Assembly: GCA_021158435.1 (NCBI GenBank)
Contig: JAGGUQ010000005.1
Location: forward strand, 527 to 64,526
Direction of reading: 5' to 3'
Length of the DNA: 64,000 nt
Source of the DNA: a bacterium
GTDB taxonomy: Bacteria > Patescibacteriota > Patescibacteriia > UBA2591 > MWDC01
Program-made: the position numbers and the translations under genes
Part shown: positions 1-8,741 of the stretch, piece by piece
How the letters are laid out: every line of letters begins with the position of its first letter
Numbering within the stretch: the stretch's first letter is position 1
Notes under the pieces: model-generated
Told to the model about the DNA's origin: nothing
The model's database searches: none
Seen by the model: the letters and a program-made list of their open reading frames with translations, nothing else

Positions 1-185
1 TGGCCAATCATATTTCATAAAACTTTATAAAACTAAAAACCTTGCGACAAGATTAAAAACTTTTAATTTCATGATAAATTTATTCCATTTCCAATAATAA
101 TAAAAAAATGTTATTTTCGGAAACAAGTTAATATTATGACTTTCAATGAACTAAAAGAAAGAGCTAAAACTATCCCTTATTTAGA

Positions 186-386
186 TTGGAAGATATTTTT
201 AAAATGAAGGTAAAAAATAAAAAAGAGCCATTCTTAAAACTGGATAACATTTATCAAAAGAAAGTCATTCCTAACATCAATCAATTCAAGAAAAAATTGG
301 CACCTTTTCTAATTGATGAAATAAAAATCCCTTATTTAGATATATTTGGAAAATTAATTAAGAAAGAGATAGACTCCCACATCTAA
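186..386 (+). CDS. hypothetical small protein (66 aa), lysine-rich
   Basis: ORF in six-frame track; no recognisable motif; AT-rich region upstream of glycan cluster. Confidence 0.15.
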   Translation: MEDIFKMKVKNKKEPFLKLDNIYQKKVIPNINQFKKKLAPFLIDEIKIPYLDIFGKLIKKEIDSHI

Positions 387-433
387 CTCTAACCCTTCTT
401 TTCTATCTACTTAATATTTAATCCCTATCAAAA

Positions 434-1369
434 ATGGTTTATCCTTTACTTTTGTTAATCTCTCTTATTATCTCATCTATTGCAATTCCTATCTTGCAAA
501 ATTTCGGAATCAAAAAACACCTTTGCGATGACCCTACTGGCGATGTTCTAAAAGTCCATAAAAAACCAATACCATATTTAGGTGGTATTGGAATATTTTT
601 AGGACTATCTAGCGGTTTAATCACTGCTCGCCTATTTCACCAAGTCTCTGGCTTACAAGCAGCAGGAATAATCATTGGCAGTATTATTATTTTATTCTTA
701 GGATTTTGGGATGATTTAAAATGGAAAAAAAATAGTCATCCCTTAATTAAATTACTCTGCCAGTTTATTGCTGGCTTTTTAATTATTTTCATTCTACTCG
801 AAATTGGCGTAAATTTTCATTTCTCAATAAATCCAATCTTAGGAGCTTTAATATCTGCCTTTTATATTGTTGGGGCAATGAACGCTATAAATATGCAAGA
901 TGGATTAGATGGTATAGCTGGCGGGGTAGTTGGCATTTCTTTAATTGCTTTCAGTCTTTTATCTTTTCTATCAAACAATACCTTTGCCTTAATTTTATCA
1001 TTAAGCCTATTGGGCGGAGTTATTGGTTTTTTGCTGTACAATTGGCATCCAGCTTCTATTTTTATGGGTGACAATGGAAGCCATTTCTTAGGATTTTCAC
1101 TGGCAGTTTTAGCAATAATGTTTACAGGCCATCCAATTTACAATTTTCCTAAATTTATAGGTCCAGTTCTAATTATCGGCTTACCTGTCCTTGATACCAC
1201 TTGGGCAATTATTAGAAGGACTATCCAGGGTAAATCTCCTTTCCAAGGAGACAGAGGCCATTTATATGACAGACTTCACCAAAAGGGCCTATCAGTTCAA
1301 AAAACTGCTTTAATTTGTTGTTCAATCCAAGCTATAATCGTAAGTATCGGTTTCTTACTTAGCGCTTAA
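434..1369 (+). CDS. glycosyltransferase family 4, polyprenyl-phosphate sugar-1-phosphate transferase (WecA/WbpL/MraY family)
   Basis: Multi-TM protein with KKPIPYLGG, NAINMQDGLDG and FMGDNGSHFLG motifs typical of MraY/WecA superfamily; adjacent to sugar-modifying enzymes. Confidence 0.7.
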   Translation: MVYPLLLLISLIISSIAIPILQNFGIKKHLCDDPTGDVLKVHKKPIPYLGGIGIFLGLSSGLITARLFHQVSGLQAAGIIIGSIIILFLGFWDDLKWKKNSHPLIKLLCQFIAGFLIIFILLEIGVNFHFSINPILGALISAFYIVGAMNAINMQDGLDGIAGGVVGISLIAFSLLSFLSNNTFALILSLSLLGGVIGFLLYNWHPASIFMGDNGSHFLGFSLAVLAIMFTGHPIYNFPKFIGPVLIIGLPVLDTTWAIIRRTIQGKSPFQGDRGHLYDRLHQKGLSVQKTALICCSIQAIIVSIGFLLSA

Positions 1370-1386
1370 AATAATACTTAAAAACC

Positions 1387-2496
1387 ATGAAAATTCCTTT
1401 ATTTAAAATTTATTGGTCAAAAAATGATATCCAATCAGTAGAAAAAATAATCAAATCAGGAAAATATTGGGCTACTGGAGAACAAATAGAAAAACTTGAA
1501 AAAGAAATTTGCAAATTTTTAAAAATAAAATACTGTTTAGTTTTTAATTCTGGGGGGTCAGCCCTTTTTACCTTAATGAAAGCCTTTAATTTTAAAAAAG
1601 GAGATGAAATAATTGTTCCCTCGTTTACTTTCATTGCTACAGCTTATGCTCCTTTATATGTAGGGGCAAAACCCATCTTCGCTGATATTGAAGAAAAAAC
1701 TCTTGGGCTTGACCCAGAAGATGTTAGAAAAAAAATAACATCAAAAACTAAAGCAATAATTGCCATACACTATGGAGGAATGCCCTGCCAAATTAATAAA
1801 CTTAAAAAAATAGCAAAAGAATATAAAATAAGCTTAATTGAAGATGTGGCTGAATCGTTTGGAGCAAAGATAAAAAATAAATATGTTGGGACCTTTGGGA
1901 AGGCAAGCATTTTAAGCTTCTGTCAAAACAAAATTTTTACCACAGGAGAAGGCGGAGCAATTATTACCAATAGTCGTGAAATCTACAAAAAAGCAAAACT
2001 TATCCGTTCCTATGGGCAAAAAAGCATAAAATCTAATGTAGATTACATAACCCCTGGATATAACCTAAGAATGCCAACAATGTTAGCTGCTTTAGGGCTC
2101 AGTCAGTTAAAAAAGACAAATTGGATTATTAAAAAAAGAAGAGAAAAAGCAAAATATTTAAATGAAAATCTCAAAAAAAATAAAGAAATTATAGTTTTTG
2201 AACAACCAAATCAAAATTACTATCCAGTATATCAACTTTATACAATAAGAGTTTTAAAAAATAAAAGAAATAAACTTCTAAAATACCTTCAGAAAAAAGG
2301 TATCAGCTGTAAAATATATTTTAAACCAGTCCATAAATATACTGCTTTCAAAAAATTAGGCTATAAACACATACATCTTCCTAATACAGAAAAAATATCC
2401 AAACAAGTGCTTTCTCTTCCAATATACCCTGAAATCAGTCTTAAAGAACTAAAATACATAACTACAACTATTAAGAGTTTTTTCAAAAATGATTAA
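1387..2496 (+). CDS. DegT/DnrJ/EryC1/StrS family PLP-dependent sugar aminotransferase (PglE-like)
   Basis: 369 aa; N-terminal fold-type I aminotransferase pattern (FNSGGSALF.., IAIHYGG, SFCQNKIFTTGEGG..) typical of DegT family. Confidence 0.8.
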   Translation: MKIPLFKIYWSKNDIQSVEKIIKSGKYWATGEQIEKLEKEICKFLKIKYCLVFNSGGSALFTLMKAFNFKKGDEIIVPSFTFIATAYAPLYVGAKPIFADIEEKTLGLDPEDVRKKITSKTKAIIAIHYGGMPCQINKLKKIAKEYKISLIEDVAESFGAKIKNKYVGTFGKASILSFCQNKIFTTGEGGAIITNSREIYKKAKLIRSYGQKSIKSNVDYITPGYNLRMPTMLAALGLSQLKKTNWIIKKRREKAKYLNENLKKNKEIIVFEQPNQNYYPVYQLYTIRVLKNKRNKLLKYLQKKGISCKIYFKPVHKYTAFKKLGYKHIHLPNTEKISKQVLSLPIYPEISLKELKYITTTIKSFFKND

Positions 2497-4327
2497 ATTC
2501 GCCCATAAACATAAAAAAATTCTTTTTTTCATAGGAGATGTTTTAGGCATTATTTTTATTGCCTGGATATCCTTTCTAACTCGTTTTGAGGGGCATATCC
2601 CTGTTCGCTATTTAAAAAACTTCCATCTTCTGATCTTCTTAGGTTTAATTTTTAATTTGCCGATTTTCTATTGGCAAGGCTTATACCGTTTTAATTGGAG
2701 CTATATTGGAATTAGAGAACTCTATAAAATTATTAAGTCAGTAACTTTTGCCTGTCTTTTAATCACTGCCAGCTTATTTATTTTCCGTGATATAGAACCT
2801 TTTTCTGGATTCCCCCGCTCCATTATTTTTATAAACTACTTTTTAACTCTCTTGTTTATTTGTGGTTCAAGGGCTAGCAAAAGAATTTTTACTGAATCTA
2901 TTAAAAAACCCAACAAAAACGGCAAAAGGGTTCTAATTGTTGGAGCTGGAGAAGCTGGAGAAGAATTATGTCGAGCTATTTTAAAAACTAAAGGTTATAA
3001 CCTAATTGGATTTATTGATGATGCAGAAGATAAACAAAAAAGCACTATTCATGGTTATCCCATTTTAGGCAAAAGAAAAGATATCCCTGAAATTGTTAAA
3101 CAAAATAAAATAGAAGAAGTAATTATTGCTCTTCCTTCAGTTGGAGCAAAAATTATCAAACAAACTGTAGAAATTTGCCGTCAAGCTAAAATAAATAAAA
3201 TAAAAATTATCCCCTCAAGAGAAGAAATTATTGAAGGTAAAGTTAGTTTATCTAATATTAGAGATATTAGTATTGAAGATTTATTAACAAGGGATACTGT
3301 TTCTATTGATACTTCAACTATAGAAGAATTCATTAGTGGCAAAAAAATTTTAGTTACTGGAGCAGCTGGATCAATTGGCTCTTATTTATGTAGGCAAGTT
3401 CTTAAATTTAAACCTGCTCATCTCATTGGATTAGATCAAAATGAAACAGGAATTTTTAATTTAGAAAGAGAGCTATCAAAAATAAAAGTAGATCAATCTT
3501 TTGTTATTGCTGATATTTGCGACAAAAATAAAATTGAGCGAATCTTTAATCAATACAAGCCAGACGTAGTTTTTCATGCCGCAGCTTACAAACATGTTCC
3601 ACTAATGGAAAAACACCCTGATGAAGCAGTAAAAAACAATATTTTCGGAACTTTAAATGTCGCTCAAGCATCTATAAAATATAAGGTAAAAAAATTCGTC
3701 TTTATCTCAACCGATAAAGCAGTGAACCCTACATCTGTAATGGGGGCAACAAAACGAATTGGTGAAATGATTTGTCAATGGTTAAATAAATCACAAGGGA
3801 ATCCCTCTACTCTCTTTTGCGCTGTAAGATTTGGTAATGTATTAGATTCACAGGGAAATGTAGTTGGTATCTTTGAAAAACAAATAAAAAAAGGCGGACC
3901 TGTTGAAGTAACTGACCCAGAAATGAAACGCTATTTTATGGTAACTTCTGAAGCCTGTTTACTAGTAATGCAGGCTGCTGCAATTTCCAAAGGTGGCGAA
4001 ATCTTTGTATTAGATATGGGTCAACCTATAAAAATTGTTGATTTAGCAAAAGAAATGATTAAATTAGCCGGTTATCAGCCTGATGTAGATATTCCTATTG
4101 TTTTCACCAAGCCCAGACCAGGAGAAAAACTATTTGAGGAAATTTTAACTAAAAAAGAAATTCCAACTAAGCACGAAAAAATTTTTATTGCTAAACTTCC
4201 TGAAATTAACGAACAAAAACTAAGTGAACATCTAAAAAAACTAAAAACAACAATTGAAACTTTAAACAAAGAGGAAATAATAAAAATTCTTAAAGAAATT
4301 GTCCCATCCTATTCGCCTACCAGTTGA
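2489..4327 (+). CDS. membrane-anchored NDP-sugar 4,6-dehydratase/epimerase (PglF/CapD/WbpM-like)
   Basis: 612 aa; N-terminal TM helices, Rossmann LIVGAGEAG and second Rossmann LVTGAAGSIGSYLCRQ, VFHAAAYKHVPLME motif characteristic of CapD/PglF family. Confidence 0.8.
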   Translation: MIKFAHKHKKILFFIGDVLGIIFIAWISFLTRFEGHIPVRYLKNFHLLIFLGLIFNLPIFYWQGLYRFNWSYIGIRELYKIIKSVTFACLLITASLFIFRDIEPFSGFPRSIIFINYFLTLLFICGSRASKRIFTESIKKPNKNGKRVLIVGAGEAGEELCRAILKTKGYNLIGFIDDAEDKQKSTIHGYPILGKRKDIPEIVKQNKIEEVIIALPSVGAKIIKQTVEICRQAKINKIKIIPSREEIIEGKVSLSNIRDISIEDLLTRDTVSIDTSTIEEFISGKKILVTGAAGSIGSYLCRQVLKFKPAHLIGLDQNETGIFNLERELSKIKVDQSFVIADICDKNKIERIFNQYKPDVVFHAAAYKHVPLMEKHPDEAVKNNIFGTLNVAQASIKYKVKKFVFISTDKAVNPTSVMGATKRIGEMICQWLNKSQGNPSTLFCAVRFGNVLDSQGNVVGIFEKQIKKGGPVEVTDPEMKRYFMVTSEACLLVMQAAAISKGGEIFVLDMGQPIKIVDLAKEMIKLAGYQPDVDIPIVFTKPRPGEKLFEEILTKKEIPTKHEKIFIAKLPEINEQKLSEHLKKLKTTIETLNKEEIIKILKEIVPSYSPTS

Positions 4328-4373
4328 CAATCAGCTCTAATCTAATAAAATAATCTTATTAAAACAAATTACT

Positions 4374-5378
4374 ATGGAAGAAAACTATCAAAACCCCCAA
4401 GAAAAAAACACCTTAGAAAAATCCATTGAAGAAAGCCCTGTTTTGGAAACAACACCCAAACCTTACCTCGATGAAGACGAGATTGACTTGATAGACTATC
4501 TAAAAGTTATTTGGAAAAGAAAAATAGGTGTAATCATTATTACAATCATTGCTGTTTTAGGAACCAGCCTTATTTCTTTATTTGTCCTACCAAAAATTTA
4601 CCAATCAAGCATTTTAATTAAAATAGGGGAAATAAACGGAAAAAATATTGAACAAATAAGTGATATTGCTATTGCTTTAAAACAAGAAAGTATACTTTCT
4701 GAAATTGCCAAAGCATTAAATTGGGATACAGAAAATTCAAAAAATAAAATTGATAATCTAAGGAATAATATAAAATTAGAAAAACAACCAGAAGAAGATT
4801 TAATAAAAATATCTGCTCAAAGTACTTCTCCTGAAGAATCCTATCAAATTATCTCTACTCTTAATAATATTTTACTTTCTTCTCATCAAGAAAAACTTAA
4901 ACAGGCTGAAGATTTAATAAATACAGAAATTGAAAACCTTAAAGAACAAAAACAAAAAATTGAAAAAAATCTTGAGGCTGCCAAACAAAGCTTGGAACAA
5001 ATAAAAAATGATATCTCTTTTTATGAACAAGAAATTAACAAAAGAACAGGCACTGAATCCGAAGCCCAAGGTCTAATTGCCCAATCATATATCAATCTAC
5101 TAGCTGAAGCAAAAAAACAAAAAGAAGACAAAGAATCTCAAATTCTTTCCTTAGAACAAGAAAAACTTAATTTAGATAAAACCATCCAACAAAAAGAATA
5201 TGAAAAAAAATATGGAATGAAAATGAGTGAAGTAGTTGTATCTCCTGAAATTCCAGATAAACCATTTAAACCAAATGTCTTACTAAATACAATTATTGCT
5301 GGAATATTAGGACTATTTATTGGCATTTTCTGGGCTTTTGGAGCAGAATATGTAGAAAAAAACAAAGGAAGACTTTAA
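4374..5378 (+). CDS. Wzz-like polysaccharide chain-length determinant / coiled-coil membrane protein
   Basis: 334 aa; N-terminal TM helix after ~50 aa, long coiled-coil (KQ/E-rich), C-terminal TM helix; position after glycan genes. Confidence 0.45.
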   Translation: MEENYQNPQEKNTLEKSIEESPVLETTPKPYLDEDEIDLIDYLKVIWKRKIGVIIITIIAVLGTSLISLFVLPKIYQSSILIKIGEINGKNIEQISDIAIALKQESILSEIAKALNWDTENSKNKIDNLRNNIKLEKQPEEDLIKISAQSTSPEESYQIISTLNNILLSSHQEKLKQAEDLINTEIENLKEQKQKIEKNLEAAKQSLEQIKNDISFYEQEINKRTGTESEAQGLIAQSYINLLAEAKKQKEDKESQILSLEQEKLNLDKTIQQKEYEKKYGMKMSEVVVSPEIPDKPFKPNVLLNTIIAGILGLFIGIFWAFGAEYVEKNKGRL

Positions 5379-5384
5379 TCCAGA

Positions 5385-5455
5385 CCCCCAAACTTCCCGG
5401 AGAGACTTCCCGGAGGCAGTCTCCGGAGGTACTCCGGAATTAGACGGAATTAGAA
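5385..5455. repeat. REP-like GC-rich palindromic array (CCGGAG / CTCCGGAGG units), locus A
   Basis: cttcccggagagacttcccggaggcagtctccggaggtactccggaat; same unit family recurs at 5 other intergenic loci. Confidence 0.8.
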
Positions 5456-5480
5456 AAGTTTATATTCAGATTTAGCTCTC

Positions 5481-5508
5481 TTGATATAAAATAAGATGGG
5501 TATATAAT
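5481..5508 (+). promoter_or_regulatory. candidate sigma70 promoter of abiEi (-35 TTGATA 5481-5486, 16-nt spacer, -10 TATAAT 5503-5508)
   Basis: Read directly from sequence; ~45 bp upstream of AbiEi start. Confidence 0.45.
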
Positions 5509-5520
5509 AAATATACCCAT
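5496..5520. promoter_or_regulatory. perfect inverted repeat ATGGGTATAT-aataa-ATATACCCAT overlapping the -10; candidate AbiEi autorepression operator
   Basis: 10-bp perfect arms with 5-nt spacer, seen in sequence; AbiEi antitoxins are known autoregulators binding inverted repeats. Confidence 0.45.
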
Positions 5521-5554
5521 TTCATTTACTTTAGAATAAACTAATATAACTGAA

Positions 5555-6205
5555 ATGGCTATAAGAAAGAGGCTTACAAAAAAGAAATTAACCTCCTTTA
5601 AGGTAGAAGAAGAATTGTTACGAAGAAATATTTTAATATTTTCTCCTCTTGAATTTAGACAAATTTTTAAAGTGACAAAGGAGGCAGCTGCTTTTTTTAT
5701 AAATTATAACTTAAAAAAGGGCTTTTTTATTAAATTAAGAAAAGGACTTTATTCTATGAAACATCATCCACCCTCTGAGTTAGAAATCGCTAATCGAGTT
5801 TACCAACCATCCTACGTTTCCTTAGAATACGCAATGATGTATTATCATATTATTCCTGATACTGTTTATAGTGTAACCTCTGTTACAACAAAAACAACTC
5901 GAGAATTTATTATTAATAATGTATCTTATACTTATAGTAGAATCAAAAAATCTTCTTTTACTGGTTATATAAAAAAATACTTAAACGGGAATATCGTTCT
6001 AATCGCTGAACCAGAAAAAGCTTTTATTGATTATCTTTATTTTGTTGACTTAGGGAAAAAGGTAATTTACGACCGCCTGAACATACACAATCTAACAAAA
6101 GAAAAAATGCTTAACTATGCAAAATTATTTAAGAGAAACTCATTGATAAAATTGTTAAACAACATATATGATAAGCGCCGAAGAAATAAAGAGATTATCT
6201 ATTAG
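5555..6205 (+). CDS. abiEi: AbiEi-family antitoxin / transcriptional regulator (type IV TA system)
   Basis: 216 aa; N-terminal wHTH-like region with KLRKGLYS (RGxY-type) motif, C-terminal PSYVSLEYAMMYYHIIPD domain; paralog of 55931..56518; precedes AbiEii gene with 38-nt overlap. Confidence 0.6.
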   Translation: MAIRKRLTKKKLTSFKVEEELLRRNILIFSPLEFRQIFKVTKEAAAFFINYNLKKGFFIKLRKGLYSMKHHPPSELEIANRVYQPSYVSLEYAMMYYHIIPDTVYSVTSVTTKTTREFIINNVSYTYSRIKKSSFTGYIKKYLNGNIVLIAEPEKAFIDYLYFVDLGKKVIYDRLNIHNLTKEKMLNYAKLFKRNSLIKLLNNIYDKRRRNKEIIY

Positions 6206-6905
6206 AGGGCAAACAAGCCCAACGGTTACCGCCAGAGAATATGTCCAACATTGCTTATTATCCGAACTGTACAAATTAGAAGGGGCTGAAAAGCTTCTAT
6301 TTAAAGGCGGAACTGCTTTAAGAATTATCTATCACAGCCCAAGATTCTCTGAAGATTTGGATTTTACGGGCATTCATCGCATTACTTACTATGAAATTAA
6401 GAATATTCTGACCAAAACGCTGGTCAACTTAAATAATTGGGGCTTTAAAACTGATATTAATGAAGCCAAAAAAACACCTGGGGGATATTTGGCGAATCTT
6501 AACTTCTCGTTTCTGGAATTTAAAATATCAATTAAAGTAGAAATCTCCTTTAGACAAAGCAAACAAAGACTAAAAGCAGAAATTTCCAGAATTAAAAATG
6601 AGTATATCCCATATTACGACATTATCCACCTACCGATAGAAGAAATAATTAAGGGAAAAATTAATGCTCTACTTTCACGAGCGAAAGCGCGTGATTGGTA
6701 TGATTTCTACTTCTTCCTAAATAATAGAATGCTTAGTCCTAAACAAAAAGATGTATTACCACAAATTTTACTAAAACTTAAAAGAACAAAGACAGATTTT
6801 AAAAAGGATTTAAAAAACTTTTTACCTCGCAGTCATTACTCGATACTCAAAAATTTTAAGAATAACTTAATAAAGGAAATTGAAGCTTACTCAAAAAAGG
6901 TTTAG
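6168..6905 (+). CDS. abiEii: AbiEii/AbiGii-family nucleotidyltransferase toxin (DUF1814)
   Basis: LLFKGGTALRIIYHSPRFSEDLDFTG nucleotidyltransferase motif (GGTAL..R.SEDxDF) and downstream KARDWYDFYF motif; paralog of 56493..57185. Confidence 0.75.
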   Translation: MISAEEIKRLSIRGQTSPTVTAREYVQHCLLSELYKLEGAEKLLFKGGTALRIIYHSPRFSEDLDFTGIHRITYYEIKNILTKTLVNLNNWGFKTDINEAKKTPGGYLANLNFSFLEFKISIKVEISFRQSKQRLKAEISRIKNEYIPYYDIIHLPIEEIIKGKINALLSRAKARDWYDFYFFLNNRMLSPKQKDVLPQILLKLKRTKTDFKKDLKNFLPRSHYSILKNFKNNLIKEIEAYSKKV

Positions 6906-6930
6906 TTAGTTAAAAGCTTTCTTATAAAAG

Positions 6931-6961
6931 AAAAAACTGATCCTTAAAGGACCAGTTTTTA
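6931..6961. terminator. bidirectional rho-independent terminator between abiEii (+) and recA (-)
   Basis: aaaaaACTGATCCttaaaGGACCAGTTttttt: 9-bp stem (one wobble/mismatch) flanked by A-run and T-run. Confidence 0.45.
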
Positions 6962-6982
6962 AAATTATACAAATCCAGACTA

Positions 6983-8002
6983 CTATTCTTTTTTTGCTTG
7001 TTCTAAAATCTTTTTTCGAATTTCTGCAGCAATTTTTGGATTATCTTTAAGAAACTTTTTTGATGCTTCTTTACCAACACCAATCTTAACTTCCCCAAAA
7101 CTTAATGTCCTTCCTGATTGCTTAATAACACCATACTTTATTCCTGTATCAATTAAATCACTTTCTTTAGAAATTCCTTGCCCGTAAATTATATCAAACT
7201 CACAAACCTTAAAAGGAGGCGCTACTTTATTCTTAACTATTTTTGCCCTTACTCTATTCCCTATTATCTCGTCTCCTTTCTTTATTTGAGCCTTTTTTTC
7301 TACTCTAATTCTAACTGAAGAATAAAATTTAAGAGCTAAACCTCCTGGGGTTGTTTCAGGATTGCCAAACATCACCCCTATTTTCTGACGAATCTGATTA
7401 ATAAAAATTACTACTGTTTTTGTTTTATCAACAATTGAAGCCAATTTCCTACAACCCTGGCTCATTAAACGAGCTTGTCTTCCTAAATGTTGTTCTCCCA
7501 TTTCTCCTCTAATTTCAGCTTCTGGGGTTAAAGCAGCAACAGAATCAACAACTATAGCATCTACTCCATTTGAACGAACTAATGTCTCAACTATTTCTAA
7601 GGCTTGCTCTCCTGTATCTGGCTGAGAAATTAAAAGATCGTCAACATTTACACCTAAACGTTTAGCATAATCAGGATCAAGAGCATGCTCAGCATCAACA
7701 TAAGCAGCAACTCCTCCTTTTTTTTGAACTTCAGCCAAAATATGGAGACAAAGAGTAGACTTACCACTCATTTCTGGACCAAAAACTTCAATAATCCTTC
7801 CTCGAGGGATTCCTCCAACTCCCAAAGCTAAATCAAGAGCTAAACATCCAGTAGGAATTACCTCAACGTTCATTTTTCTCGCTTCTCCCAATCTCATAAT
7901 TGACCCTTCTCCAAACTTATTCTTAATCAAATCAATAGCTGCTTGAGCAGCTTTTCTTCTTTGCTCAGGAGAAGGTTGATTTGTTTCTTGTTTTTTAGAC
8001 AT
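6983..8002 (-). CDS. recA: recombinase RecA
   Basis: 339 aa; [13 protein letters not shown] Walker [10 protein letters not shown], classic RecA core. Confidence 0.95.
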   Translation of the reverse strand: MSKKQETNQPSPEQRRKAAQAAIDLIKNKFGEGSIMRLGEARKMNVEVIPTGCLALDLALGVGGIPRGRIIEVFGPEMSGKSTLCLHILAEVQKKGGVAAYVDAEHALDPDYAKRLGVNVDDLLISQPDTGEQALEIVETLVRSNGVDAIVVDSVAALTPEAEIRGEMGEQHLGRQARLMSQGCRKLASIVDKTKTVVIFINQIRQKIGVMFGNPETTPGGLALKFYSSVRIRVEKKAQIKKGDEIIGNRVRAKIVKNKVAPPFKVCEFDIIYGQGISKESDLIDTGIKYGVIKQSGRTLSFGEVKIGVGKEASKKFLKDNPKIAAEIRKKILEQAKKE

Positions 8003-8064
8003 AAAAGTAAATAAATAAGGTTTTCTTAAGGATAACTAAAAAAATATAAAAAGTCAACTATTTA

Positions 8065-8736
8065 TTAATTTTCTGGAGGATTTTCAACAAAAACAACTTT
8101 TCGGGTTACTTTTCTAAAACTTGAATGCTCTTTTTTAACAGCAACTTCAATAATATTAAGACCAGGATTAAGACTAATATATTCTTCAAAATCACCCCCT
8201 TTAAAATTTTCTATTAAATGTCCATTGATATAAAGATAGGCATTTCTTTCTTCTGTTTTTCCTTTAACTAAAAGAAGGGGCTCTTTGTAAACAATCTGGT
8301 TATCTAATGGAGAATAAACTTCTAAAAACGGCGGCTGGAAAATAGGCAGTATTTTGAAAAAAACAAAACTAAATAAAGCAACAGTCAAAACAACTAAAGG
8401 TATATAAAAATAGAAAAAACTTACTTTTTTAACTTTTGATTCCTTTTTTCTAAAATGAATATCCTGGAAATAAAAACTTGATTCCTCCTCAAAACGGGAC
8501 AAAATCTCTTCCTTATTTTCTATTCCTAAAAAATCTAAGTATCTTCTTAAAAAATTAACTGCATATACTTTACTTGGCAGTTTTTCATAATCTCCTTGCT
8601 CTAAAGCAGAAAGGTAAATTTTACCTATTCTTAGCTCTTTTTCTAGAAACTCTAAACTAATACCTTTTTCCTGCCTTTTTTCTTTTAAAATGTTCCCTAT
8701 ATTCTTAGGGGTTATTAACTTAGTTTGTACTTTCAT
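8065..8736 (-). CDS. RodZ-like membrane protein with N-terminal XRE-type HTH
   Basis: 223 aa; HTH (ILKEKRQEKGISLEFLEKELRIGKIYLSALEQGDYEKLP..YAVNFLRRYLDFLG) followed by single TM helix, as in RodZ. Confidence 0.5.
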   Translation of the reverse strand: MKVQTKLITPKNIGNILKEKRQEKGISLEFLEKELRIGKIYLSALEQGDYEKLPSKVYAVNFLRRYLDFLGIENKEEILSRFEEESSFYFQDIHFRKKESKVKKVSFFYFYIPLVVLTVALFSFVFFKILPIFQPPFLEVYSPLDNQIVYKEPLLLVKGKTEERNAYLYINGHLIENFKGGDFEEYISLNPGLNIIEVAVKKEHSSFRKVTRKVVFVENPPEN

Positions 8737-8741
8737 AAAAA

